The notes below the pieces were generated by a model. That model saw only the letters and a list, made by a program, of their open reading frames with translations, was not told where the DNA came from and did not search any database. Positions 35,015-44,008 of a DNA stretch of 64,000 nt are shown piece by piece; the stretch's first letter is position 1, and each line of letters begins with the position of its first letter. The position numbers were made by a program, and so were the translations under genes. The stretch is from positions 1-64,000 of IMG/VR virus record IMGVR_UViG_3300028025_003904; one strand, written 5' to 3'. Origin of the DNA: a virus.

Positions 35015-35089
35015 TGGTTGCGGGAGACAGAATCGAACTATCGTAGACCTGGCTTATGAGACCGGTGGGAAACCAACATCCTCCCCGCG
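35015..35089 (-). tRNA. Initiator-like tRNA-Met(CAT), CCA encoded, atypical arms
   Basis: CGCGGGG/TCCCGCA with C1:A72 mismatch; CTCATAA loop. Confidence 0.8.
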
Positions 35090-35155
35090 ATTTATTATGA
35101 TACAAATATACGAAACTTTTTTCATATATCCAAATGATTTCTCATTTATTTTTTG

Positions 35156-35565
35156 TGGAGATGCAGGGATTCGAACCCTGGTCCAGATAAGTTTCTAATG
35201 TAAATCGTTCACAAGTTTATTCAATTTTTCTAAACTGAAAAAATATAGAGTTTCTATTTTGCCATTATCACTCTCAACTGTGGAAGATTCACTTTAGTAG
35301 GTAGAACCTCAAACGAGACCTTATTCCTTTTTGGGTAGAAATCACACCTGGGTTCACATTCTTTTTTACCTCATGATGTGTACGAGGAAGATTAGGCAGC
35401 TACTGCGTAATCGAATGAGTTCATCCATGCCATAGCATCTTCGAACGTCATTGTAGATAATTCTACGTTTGCACTTATTGTTTGATAGGTCTTCAAAGGT
35501 TTCCATCTAACCTTACTTGCATCAATACAACCAGTCTTCATATCTGTCAAAAGCCGGTCATCCCC
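35156..35565 (-). ncRNA. ssrA: tmRNA
   Basis: 5' GGGGATGACCGG..TTGAC, 3' GACCAGGGTTCGAATCCCTGCATCTCCA; G3:U; tag frame 35472-35392 ending YAVAA*. Confidence 0.92.
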
Positions 35566-35634
35566 ATATTTCAAATAACGTTTACAAATATACGAAACTT
35601 TTTTCGTAATTCCAAATAATATATATCTTTTTTT

Positions 35635-36171
35635 TTATTTTACGTTCCGTTTTGATAATTGAAAATTAAACGCTACTGTCATTCTTTCATCATCCGATGG
35701 TTCTACATAATGTGGTAGGTAAGATGGGAAGAAAACTATTTTACCTTTCGTTGGTAAAACTTTGTGTTTAAGACCCCTATCACAAAATACAGTATGTGCA
35801 TTTGAATCATTCAAATACCAAACTCCAGAAAGTATATTGTTAGCATGACTATGGTATTCTTGATACTTTCCTGCGGTATAATAATTCCACCACATATTAT
35901 ATTCATAAATAAAATTATCACCAAATCCATTGTAAGGTGGTGTAGTTTTAACTATTTCTATAACATTATTTATTATTTGATTGTGCTCTTTAGTACCATA
36001 TAATAGTTTGCTTTCATAATTAAAAGATGAATATACACCACCATCCCAATCAATTGGAGTATCATATTTAGTATCATCTTTTATATCTTCTCTAATACCA
36101 TCAGTTAAAGAATCTGGAACTTCTATATAATTCTCAAATATTCTTATTGGAAAAATATCAATACTTTGCAT
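35635..36171 (-). CDS. 2OG-Fe(II) oxygenase-like, paralog of 34399-34944
   Basis: Shared IFPI, WDGG, GKYQEYHSH and HYVEP motifs. Confidence 0.85.
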   Translation of the reverse strand: MQSIDIFPIRIFENYIEVPDSLTDGIREDIKDDTKYDTPIDWDGGVYSSFNYESKLLYGTKEHNQIINNVIEIVKTTPPYNGFGDNFIYEYNMWWNYYTAGKYQEYHSHANNILSGVWYLNDSNAHTVFCDRGLKHKVLPTKGKIVFFPSYLPHYVEPSDDERMTVAFNFQLSKRNVK

Positions 36172-36201
36172 ATTTAATCTTCAAAGTTTAGTATATCTTT
36201 T

Positions 36202-36762
36202 TTAAAAATCGTATAAACCAGCAACTGATTTAATATTACAATCTGAATTAAATGATATAATTGTTTTTACTATATTACTTTCTACGTTTGGTGCTCTATG
36301 TAATATAAAACTTGGGAACGTTAAAACATCTCCTTCTTTTACATCCAGCTCAATAATTTCTTTTTGATTCATTGGATTTAACAATTGAGTTTTTGGTGCT
36401 CCTTCTGGTAAATCTACATAATATACATTGGTAAATTGACAACCTAAATGGACATGCCACCCATGCTCTGAACCTTTTCTGTATTGTTGAAACCAAATAT
36501 TCCGTATAGTGATTTCATTGTATCCCATTTCTAAAAATCGCTTTTCCATTAGTTCAACTATTGGAGGCATTGCTATTTTTAAATAATGTCTTTCAACATC
36601 CCTATTTACATCCCAATCGGTTCTAGTTATATCTGTGTAATCTTTTGGATACGAATAGCGAGTTGCTTCTGCATCGTTTATTAAATCTAAAACATCTTCC
36701 TTTATTAAATCATGCTCCGATAGTTTGGAAATGATATATGGACATTCAATCCCTTTAATCAT
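36202..36762 (-). CDS. 2OG-Fe(II) oxygenase-like
   Basis: WFQQY, HGWHVH, FTNVYY, FPSFILH, KTIISFN. Confidence 0.82.
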   Translation of the reverse strand: MIKGIECPYIISKLSEHDLIKEDVLDLINDAEATRYSYPKDYTDITRTDWDVNRDVERHYLKIAMPPIVELMEKRFLEMGYNEITIRNIWFQQYRKGSEHGWHVHLGCQFTNVYYVDLPEGAPKTQLLNPMNQKEIIELDVKEGDVLTFPSFILHRAPNVESNIVKTIISFNSDCNIKSVAGLYDF

Positions 36763-36765
36763 AAT

Positions 36766-37371
36766 TTAATTTTCAAAATTTAAAATAACATTACCCGCTG
36801 CTACTATTCTTTCTTTTGTAGAAAATCTAGATAAAGATGGTAAATGTTCTAAATTTGCATCGAATGCGTATATATAACCTTCTTCTGGAAAAAATGAATG
36901 TGTTATTCTAGGGTCCTTATCATCTTTAAAAAATAACTTCCCCTCTGCTCCAGTACAATTATCGGGTACTTGCAGATAATATACCCAAGTCCAATCTGTA
37001 AATGTATCGGAATCTGTTGGATGAAATTTTAAATGATTGTGATAGTGTGCTTGTTTTAATTCAGGCACTGCTATGTATATCCAAGTTCTTTGGTATCCAC
37101 TTAAATACTTTTCATTGTTTAGTTCCGTAAAAAAATCTCTTACTTTATTATAACATAAAGAAAACATATTACGGGTTTCATCACCACATAGAGTTTGTCC
37201 ATCCATTTGTAAACCAGGTGCTCTCATACGAGTATCGTTAAATCTCTTATCTGGCATCCACAAGTCTCTATCAATCTGTATTTCTTTAATAACTTTTTGA
37301 TTATCAATACCACTCATAGGTATTTTGTAAATCTTATGGTTTAAAAAACCAATTTCTTCATAACTAATCAT
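36766..37371 (-). CDS. 2OG-Fe(II) oxygenase-like
   Basis: YHNH, WVYYLQVP, F..NLEH.P, RIVAAGN. Confidence 0.8.
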   Translation of the reverse strand: MISYEEIGFLNHKIYKIPMSGIDNQKVIKEIQIDRDLWMPDKRFNDTRMRAPGLQMDGQTLCGDETRNMFSLCYNKVRDFFTELNNEKYLSGYQRTWIYIAVPELKQAHYHNHLKFHPTDSDTFTDWTWVYYLQVPDNCTGAEGKLFFKDDKDPRITHSFFPEEGYIYAFDANLEHLPSLSRFSTKERIVAAGNVILNFEN

Positions 37372-37385
37372 AACTTATTATTCTC

Positions 37386-38186
37386 CTATTTCATATTTTT
37401 TAATGCTCTTGCAGTTGCTATCCATTTTTTAGCAATTGGATTTGTTATTGGTTGTGCTAAAAATCTAGCTGCTGCTTTTGTTACATCACCATGCTTAACA
37501 CCCACTACCGAATTATCTACAATTGAGAATTTGTATCCACCAAATAATCTTTGGAACTTACCCATGTTCTCTTGACATGCTTTCCAACTCTTTACCAATA
37601 ACTCTTCTGGTACTACTCTACTTCTTTGTAGGTTTCTTTCTTTTGCTACCTCCAATGATGTGTTTACAAACACCATATAACAATCATATCCTAACTCTTC
37701 AGCGTGTCCTTTTTGTTTAGCAATCTTATCGTACTCATGTCCAGTACCATCAATAATCATACCCAATCTACCGGCTTCGTAAAAATCTTTTAATTGCTTT
37801 GTTATTACCTTCGCCTTATTACGAATTGAATCAGATGATTTACCTTGTATTTTATCCCATAATTGTGGGTCTTCTTTTTCAATTTTTGCTAAATCCTTTG
37901 GGTCTATACCATTCTTTTTTAAACCAGCTTCAAATGCCGAATCTGAATTTACAACTTTCAAACCAGATGGTGCAAACTTTGTATAATCAACTACTCCAAA
38001 TATTTCTTTTGACATAAATCCTTTACCACTACCAGGTCCACCTGCTAAAAATATACACTTAAAGATACCGGGGTCATCAACACCCTCTGCAATCATTTGC
38101 TCTTGCAACTTTTGCTTTGTTCTTTGTAAGTATATACTTAACGTAGATAGTTCATCTACTGCTTCGTTCAATAAATGTTTGGACAT
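37386..38186 (-). CDS. P-loop kinase, Zeta-toxin/AAA_33-like
   Basis: AGGPGSGKG, VNSD, IIDGTG, ERN..R.R. Confidence 0.8.
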   Translation of the reverse strand: MSKHLLNEAVDELSTLSIYLQRTKQKLQEQMIAEGVDDPGIFKCIFLAGGPGSGKGFMSKEIFGVVDYTKFAPSGLKVVNSDSAFEAGLKKNGIDPKDLAKIEKEDPQLWDKIQGKSSDSIRNKAKVITKQLKDFYEAGRLGMIIDGTGHEYDKIAKQKGHAEELGYDCYMVFVNTSLEVAKERNLQRSRVVPEELLVKSWKACQENMGKFQRLFGGYKFSIVDNSVVGVKHGDVTKAAARFLAQPITNPIAKKWIATARALKNMK

Positions 38187-38225
38187 AGTTTTAATTAGTT
38201 TATATAGTATAAATATATATTTTTA

Positions 38226-38399
38226 TTAAATATGTGTCCAAATTTCTCTTTTAACTATCTTACGAATGTTAGTTGTAGATACTCCGTTGTTAGATGCTAT
38301 AACTTTTAAATTACGATGTCCCATCTTCCACAATGCTCTTATCATTTCCACTTGTCCATCTGTTAGTTTGTGGTTTGGATGTTGTTCGCCTTTTAACAT
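38226..38399 (-). CDS. Small HTH protein like the C-terminal DNA-binding domain of HNH endonucleases
   Basis: Manually read MLKGEQHPNHKLTDGQVEMIRALWKMGHRNLKVIASNNGVSTTNIRKIVKREIWTHI. Confidence 0.7.
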   Translation of the reverse strand: MLKGEQHPNHKLTDGQVEMIRALWKMGHRNLKVIASNNGVSTTNIRKIVKREIWTHI

Positions 38400-38402
38400 T
38401 TA

Positions 38403-38783
38403 TTAAAGTCCTACATTTTCCCAATTCGAATTGATGAACCCAGCATCCCTACCAACGGCAACTGCCATAGCACGTGCGTTTTCGGGCTCACCCTTTGAAT
38501 TGTTGTTGATTAAAATTCTTTCTTCTCGTCCGATACCCATTACGATTTGGTGATAACGGATACCTGCGTTTTCCATTTGTTGTTTAGTAATCAGTTCCAA
38601 ATGCCAAGGCCTAGCGGTTGTTAATACAATGTGATGACCGGCTTCATACCACTCATTCATTTTCTCTTTCACACCTGGCAACACATTTACTACGTTAGGG
38701 TCTAAATCTTCAAAACGAACTTGCTCAATCAAAGTACCGTCTATATCACTAAAAATCGTTTTGTAATTTTGTTCTCTTTTCAT
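38403..38783 (-). CDS. Capless HAD-family phosphatase
   Basis: FSDIDGTL, LTTAR. Confidence 0.8.
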   Translation of the reverse strand: MKREQNYKTIFSDIDGTLIEQVRFEDLDPNVVNVLPGVKEKMNEWYEAGHHIVLTTARPWHLELITKQQMENAGIRYHQIVMGIGREERILINNNSKGEPENARAMAVAVGRDAGFINSNWENVGL

Positions 38784-38862
38784 ATCTTTTTAATGTTTAA
38801 CTCTCACTACTCTATAAAGGTAAGTAAAAAAATCTACATTTCCTAATTTTATTTCATTTATT

Positions 38863-39183
38863 TTATAAATAAGCAACTCCATAAACACCATATTTGGCAG
38901 TTCCATCAATGATGTTTCCTCTACTATGTTTGGCGGCAGAGTCACGAGAAGCGGCTTTCATTAAATCACCTTTCTTAATTGGTACTCCTTTGTAATCACC
39001 ATTATAACGGGAGATAAATCCCCACACACTTCCGTTGCTAATTAGTTTAATAAACTTACTACCAACACGCATTTCTATTGGTTTGGGTGTTAGGTTTGAT
39101 AAGTGAGTTGCGTAGTAATCAGCAATTTCTAAATTAACTTTGTCAATAAATGCATTAACGATTGGGTTATTGTAGTTTTTCAT
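38863..39183 (-). CDS. Conserved phage hypothetical protein
   Basis: G.K.IKL...SVWGFI...KGDLMKAAS...AKH.RGNI. Confidence 0.75.
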   Translation of the reverse strand: MKNYNNPIVNAFIDKVNLEIADYYATHLSNLTPKPIEMRVGSKFIKLISNGSVWGFISRYNGDYKGVPIKKGDLMKAASRDSAAKHSRGNIIDGTAKYGVYGVAYL

Positions 39184-39368
39184 ATCTTTGTTGTTTTATG
39201 TTTATCTCTTATTACTCTATAAAGGTAAGTAAAAGTTTTCACATTTCCTAGTCTTTCCTAAAAAACTTTTCATAAATTTCCAAAATAATATATTCAGCTA
39301 AACACACTACTGAAAATACCATAATGATTGAAACCATCCAAATATCTTTTGCTATTCTATACATATTA

Positions 39369-39749
39369 TTATGTTCTAAAGTGTGCTCCGTTTGATGACC
39401 ATCCTTTGGAGTGATTACTATATGTTGGACGAGGGGTGTATGCGAATGAACCCGCTGCCATTCGAGAGGTATTACCAATCGCATCCCAATCTGATTCCCA
39501 TTTATTATCCGATAATAAAATACCATCTTTAATGATGATGGCGTGTTTACCAGTATTACCAAAAGATGGACCAACACTTTGTATGTTCTTTCTATCCAGC
39601 TTCCAAAAGGTATTTTTACGATTTACTCTATCAACCTCAATAAACAAAATTGAACGTGCTTTTACTTTACACACCTTAATGTCTTTAGAATCAGATTTAC
39701 CATTTTTGGAAACCATCACTTCGACAATTTGACCATTTAAATATTCCAT
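39369..39749 (-). CDS. Hypothetical protein
   Basis: 126 aa ORF downstream of a promoter cassette. Confidence 0.7.
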   Translation of the reverse strand: MEYLNGQIVEVMVSKNGKSDSKDIKVCKVKARSILFIEVDRVNRKNTFWKLDRKNIQSVGPSFGNTGKHAIIIKDGILLSDNKWESDWDAIGNTSRMAAGSFAYTPRPTYSNHSKGWSSNGAHFRT

Positions 39750-39815
39750 ATCTTTATCGTTTTGTTATATAGTAAAGATAAGTAAAATAAATTAAAAAGT
39801 CAAGTCTTTTCTAAA

Positions 39816-40523
39816 TTATTTTTTAGGTTTTTTTATTGCGGCAAATGCGGTTTTGTATGCAGGTGATGTTTTATCGTAACCCAATGCAGTTTTAACTTTG
39901 ATATTTCTACCCGTTTCTGGATTCTTTATTCGTTTATCCAATGCACCTACGGGTATCATAGATGATAATTTTTTAATATTGGCTTGTTGTTTTTCTGCAC
40001 CGGCTTTTGTTCCACTTTGTGCTTTTTTTCCAGTCTTAAACATCATCGTTTTTTCTTTATCTCTAAAATTAGAGTACGCTTGACCTATTTGATTTGGGTG
40101 AAACTTACCTATGTTTTCCTCACCACCTTCTCTAAAAATTAAATGTGCATTTCCTTTTGTATCCTTACCACCATATATAACAGAATCTTGGTTATACTTT
40201 TTTACAATATGTTCCATAAATTCTTTTGGTGCACCTGGTATAAACAAAGTTTCTTCTACTGCGTCTACCAATTTATCAGATGGGCACTTTGCATATGGTA
40301 TGGCTGAATCTTGACACTCTCTCCAATGTCCACTTACTTTAAAAAACCCTAAACCCCGTTTTCTGCAATCCGCTTCTAATTGTTTATTTAATTTTTTATT
40401 TTCAGCAGGTGTATTGGCGTAACGATATGCACTTGCCATTCCCCAACTAGGAACTTTTTTATCTACCACGTGTTGATATGCTCGTGCTAATGATGCTTCG
40501 TCTAATTTATGAAATTTTTCCAT
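39816..40523 (-). CDS. Hypothetical protein typical of large phages
   Basis: EASLAR, SAYR, KYNQDSV and KNPETGRNIKVKTAL motifs; late-type promoter. Confidence 0.75.
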   Translation of the reverse strand: MEKFHKLDEASLARAYQHVVDKKVPSWGMASAYRYANTPAENKKLNKQLEADCRKRGLGFFKVSGHWRECQDSAIPYAKCPSDKLVDAVEETLFIPGAPKEFMEHIVKKYNQDSVIYGGKDTKGNAHLIFREGGEENIGKFHPNQIGQAYSNFRDKEKTMMFKTGKKAQSGTKAGAEKQQANIKKLSSMIPVGALDKRIKNPETGRNIKVKTALGYDKTSPAYKTAFAAIKKPKK

Positions 40524-40562
40524 TCTATATTATTATACTAATAAATATAATAAATTATTATT

Positions 40563-41687
40563 TTACCTACCAAAACCGATTTTACCCTTTTGGATTTCTG
40601 TTTTGAATTGTTCTGTGTTGATGTTGTAGATGTCAGCTAATGTCATTCCTTCCGTTACTACATTGTCCATACCCAAATGTTTAATAAGAATATTAGTATC
40701 ATCTACATTTAGTTTATCAAACTTATGTTCCGCAATCAATCTACCTTTTCTTAATAGAGCAGAATCAATCTTCTCCTTATCCATATTGAATGTTGCAATG
40801 ATACTGATATTTAGAATATCACCCAATATACCATCGGTTAAATTTAGAATGTTAGATACACCAGTAGATGAGTGTGAATTATTCCTATCGCCAATAATCT
40901 TTTCAGCATCCTCAATCACCAAAATACAATCTTTGTTGTCCATTAAGAATGGAACAAAATCAGGATTCACAATACTCTCTGCCAAAATTGGTGGTAAGAA
41001 TAATACCTTTCTCTTCATATGGTTTGCCAACCATTTGATGTATGTGGTTTTACCCGTACCTGGTAGACCATGTAATAAAACTAATCTACCTCTTTGTTCC
41101 TTTTTAGATGTAAGTGCAGTTACAATTGAATCGTTTATCTTAACAAAATCCTTACCATAGTTTAATTCCAAATCAATCTTTGGTTTTGGTAGTTTGAACT
41201 CTTCTGTTTCAAATCCGTATGATGTTGCTTTCAATAAATGTATCTTACCTTCTTTGCTTTGTTTAGATAATTTTGTAACACTATCTAATATAGTATTCTT
41301 TAATACATCTTTTGCACAAGTATATGCAAATGATAATCTGTATTGGTTCTTCTTTATTGATTTTGACTCTGGTTCTATATAATCAGGCTCATCAAAGTAA
41401 TCTCCATCAATCTCTGATACATTTATTAAAATTAAATCCATACCATCAATCCTCTTTTCGTAAGTTGAATTACGTTTTGATTCTTTTGGTGATATAAAAT
41501 ACTCCGATTGTTGGATTTGATTAAATCCAGCAGTTTCTATTAAAGATAAAACCTTCTTATCAAACTTTATATCATTTGAAAACTTTGTACTATTATACAA
41601 TTTACCAGTCTTTAAGGCAATGTATTTGCCCATAGAAAAGTCATCACCATGTCCGGATGTATATAGTTTCTCTAATTCAGTATTCAT
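40563..41687 (-). CDS. AAA+ ATPase
   Basis: GLPGTGKT, VIEDAE, IDSALLRKGR. Confidence 0.88.
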   Translation of the reverse strand: MNTELEKLYTSGHGDDFSMGKYIALKTGKLYNSTKFSNDIKFDKKVLSLIETAGFNQIQQSEYFISPKESKRNSTYEKRIDGMDLILINVSEIDGDYFDEPDYIEPESKSIKKNQYRLSFAYTCAKDVLKNTILDSVTKLSKQSKEGKIHLLKATSYGFETEEFKLPKPKIDLELNYGKDFVKINDSIVTALTSKKEQRGRLVLLHGLPGTGKTTYIKWLANHMKRKVLFLPPILAESIVNPDFVPFLMDNKDCILVIEDAEKIIGDRNNSHSSTGVSNILNLTDGILGDILNISIIATFNMDKEKIDSALLRKGRLIAEHKFDKLNVDDTNILIKHLGMDNVVTEGMTLADIYNINTEQFKTEIQKGKIGFGR

Positions 41688-41690
41688 ATA

Positions 41691-42923
41691 TTATAGTTTT
41701 CTCCACACCCAAACTGGTTCGCAGAATGTTTTACCAATATTTTCTTTTGCCTTTTCTATTTCTTCTTCTGTGAATCTAGCTTCATCACCTTCAATCATTG
41801 CACCTGCACCGATACTACCTGGTCTTTTAGCCATTTCCATGCCTAAACATCCTTGATACTCTGCACCTGGCAACGTACCAATAAAATCATTCATAGGGTT
41901 TGTAATCTCCTGATACCCTTTACCATCTCCTTTTGATGCTGCATACACATCGGCAATATTTACTGCTAAATATCCACCCTTACGGATTGACGGCCATAGG
42001 TTGTTGATTACTTTATGTAGGAAAGATTCATTCCAAGCATCTATGTTTTTATATCTTACCCAACTCTGTGTATCATCATACGAATATCTTTCTACATTAA
42101 AGTATGGTGGCGATGTAAATACAATATCAAAGTAATCAGGGTATTGTGTGAAATCAAAATCTTCAGCTGGTGATTCGTGGAATGTTGCTTTCTTTTCTGT
42201 TTCAAAGAAACCATTATTCTTTTTATAGAACTCTGCCTGTTGTTGATAGATTGGATGGTTTTCTTTACGCGGGTCAATACCTACATAATGTTCTCCCTTT
42301 TCACTTGCAAAGAACCCACATACTCTATCGCCCCAACCCGCTGAAAAATCTAATACATTCTTTGCTCCCACAAAATCGTATAATGCTTTGGCAACATTAG
42401 GTTTGAATTGAGAACAGATATACTTTCTTAAACTCAAACATACTCTCAATGAGTTTCTATTTACCTCATCAAACTTTAAAGTATATAATCCACCCATAAG
42501 TGAATACATAAACTCTTTTGATTCCCAAGTTCTTTTGGGTCCAGGTGATACTGTACCGTCTACACTCCAACGATTTGCTTGTTGGAAATAGTTAGATGCT
42601 GCGTTCCCCGTATTCAATCTACGGAAGTATAAATTCTTTCCGTTATAAGTTAGTGGGTAGCGAGATTCGCTTGCCTTACGTGGAAACCATTCACCTTCTA
42701 CCATAAGGTTTTGATGACGAATGCCTTTTGTTGCTAGATATTCACTCCGTGCTTCTTTCTCTGTGATTTCAGCGTATGGGATTGGATACTCCATTAGGAT
42801 TTGAGATAAAGTTTCTTTTACATCTTCTTTATCAAATGTATTCTTAATGTACGTCCATTCTTCTTTTGGAATGTGTAGATAAGGATTCATACCCTTATAC
42901 TTGTCAAAATAATCTATATACAT
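41691..42923 (-). CDS. DNA amino-methyltransferase, paralog of 19552-21123
   Basis: QFKP..AK, DFSAGWGDR, FTSPPYF..ERYS.D. Confidence 0.85.
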   Translation of the reverse strand: MYIDYFDKYKGMNPYLHIPKEEWTYIKNTFDKEDVKETLSQILMEYPIPYAEITEKEARSEYLATKGIRHQNLMVEGEWFPRKASESRYPLTYNGKNLYFRRLNTGNAASNYFQQANRWSVDGTVSPGPKRTWESKEFMYSLMGGLYTLKFDEVNRNSLRVCLSLRKYICSQFKPNVAKALYDFVGAKNVLDFSAGWGDRVCGFFASEKGEHYVGIDPRKENHPIYQQQAEFYKKNNGFFETEKKATFHESPAEDFDFTQYPDYFDIVFTSPPYFNVERYSYDDTQSWVRYKNIDAWNESFLHKVINNLWPSIRKGGYLAVNIADVYAASKGDGKGYQEITNPMNDFIGTLPGAEYQGCLGMEMAKRPGSIGAGAMIEGDEARFTEEEIEKAKENIGKTFCEPVWVWRKL

Positions 42924-42933
42924 AACTTTTTAT

Positions 42934-43701
42934 TTAAGCACCTACATTCCAAAACAATGCTCCAGGTGATGCCATTTCTTTAATATGTTTCCAAGCTTTA
43001 CTATCGTATGTTAATGATGATGGGAATGGTGGCCTTTCTTCTATTGGACAATCTTTATGGAATGGCATTCTTTTTGGTATTGTTATAGCTCTACCCATTT
43101 CCGCATTAGTAGTACCATGTCCAATTTGAACCCCATAAACCTTTGCATCAGGCCAAGCCATCTGTAATCCTCTACTTAAAACACCACTACTCATTACACT
43201 CCACACTTCCGTTGGTTGTATTGGTAATTCTTTAGCAAAATTGGATATTGTCTGAACTATGATTGGGTGGTCTAAACCAAATGGAATACACATAGTTTTA
43301 TCCCAACCCAACCCTTGTCTATCTTTTGCTCTTTTATTTATAACCGTCAACATACCCATAGGTACTTGGTTGATTTCAGCACCAGCTTCCTCTGCTTCTT
43401 TTGTTAAGTCAGTTTTTTCATCACTATCTGGAATATAGATAATTGCTTTCTTTCCTAAATCCTTACACACATATGCCAATGCAAGTTGAGCATATCCTTG
43501 TCTTGGTGAAGCATATACCCAATTATCTATTTCCGGATACCTTAAAACAAAATTATAAGCTGCTCTTCGTTTTGTTCCACCAGGTAAAAAATCTTCTCTA
43601 ACTACATTTATACCTTCTATGTTTTCTATAACGATAGGAGGCAAGTTGATTTGAGTATCTAATTGTTTGTAATCAAAATCAAAAAAATCAAATTGCTTCA
43701 T
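42934..43701 (-). CDS. PLP-dependent enzyme (fold type II-like)
   Basis: VVREDFLPGGTKRR, GYAQLALA, SSGVL, YDSKAW, LFWNVG. Confidence 0.75.
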   Translation of the reverse strand: MKQFDFFDFDYKQLDTQINLPPIVIENIEGINVVREDFLPGGTKRRAAYNFVLRYPEIDNWVYASPRQGYAQLALAYVCKDLGKKAIIYIPDSDEKTDLTKEAEEAGAEINQVPMGMLTVINKRAKDRQGLGWDKTMCIPFGLDHPIIVQTISNFAKELPIQPTEVWSVMSSGVLSRGLQMAWPDAKVYGVQIGHGTTNAEMGRAITIPKRMPFHKDCPIEERPPFPSSLTYDSKAWKHIKEMASPGALFWNVGA

Positions 43702-43745
43702 AGATACAAAGATACTAAAACTTTTTTATATAACCTAATTTTTTA

Positions 43746-44006
43746 CTATAAACTTTCGTTAATAGCATTTACATATGCAACCTTTGAAGATACACCAGCG
43801 AATCTTTGTACTTCCTTACCATCTTTTTCAATAATTACAGTAGGAACTGAACGGATATTATATTTAGTTGCTAATTCAAATGCTTCATCTACATCATATT
43901 CTTCAAACTTAACACCACTAACGGATTGTTTAACTTCTTCAAAAATTGGTTTTAGAGTTTTGCATGGTCCACACCAGCTAGCTGAAAATTTCTTTACACT
44001 AATCAT
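43746..44006 (-). CDS. trxA: Thioredoxin
   Basis: WCGPC, IRSVPT. Confidence 0.92.
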   Translation of the reverse strand: MISVKKFSASWCGPCKTLKPIFEEVKQSVSGVKFEEYDVDEAFELATKYNIRSVPTVIIEKDGKEVQRFAGVSSKVAYVNAINESL

Positions 44007-44008
44007 TT

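Larger units (their letters stand above)
34109..35616 (-). repeat. Five near-identical Bacteroidota promoter copies (~34109, 34349, 34963, 35101, 35583)
   Basis: Plus strand tacaaatatacgaaactttttc.ta.at..aa = TTTG-N20-TATATTTG; 34963-35015 and 35101-35153 are identical over 53 bp. Confidence 0.85.

Noticed and set aside
26557-35089. Suppressor tRNAs or stop-codon reassignment
   Set aside because: No CTA, TTA or TCA anticodons found; core genes are intact in code 11, and TAG and TGA end genes at sensible positions.
35392-35574. 60-aa ORF in the track
   Set aside because: It is the tmRNA tag frame extended through the tRNA-like domain.
34109-35616. Recurring ~34-bp repeats resembling a CRISPR array
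   Set aside because: Spacing is irregular (about 140-610 bp), the intervals hold genes, the repeat matches the Bacteroidota promoter consensus, and no cas genes are present.
39248-39577. 109-aa ORF overlapping 39369-39749
   Set aside because: Mostly overlaps a better ORF; only a possible 38-aa hydrophobic tail ORF (39248-39364) remains, with too little support to call.
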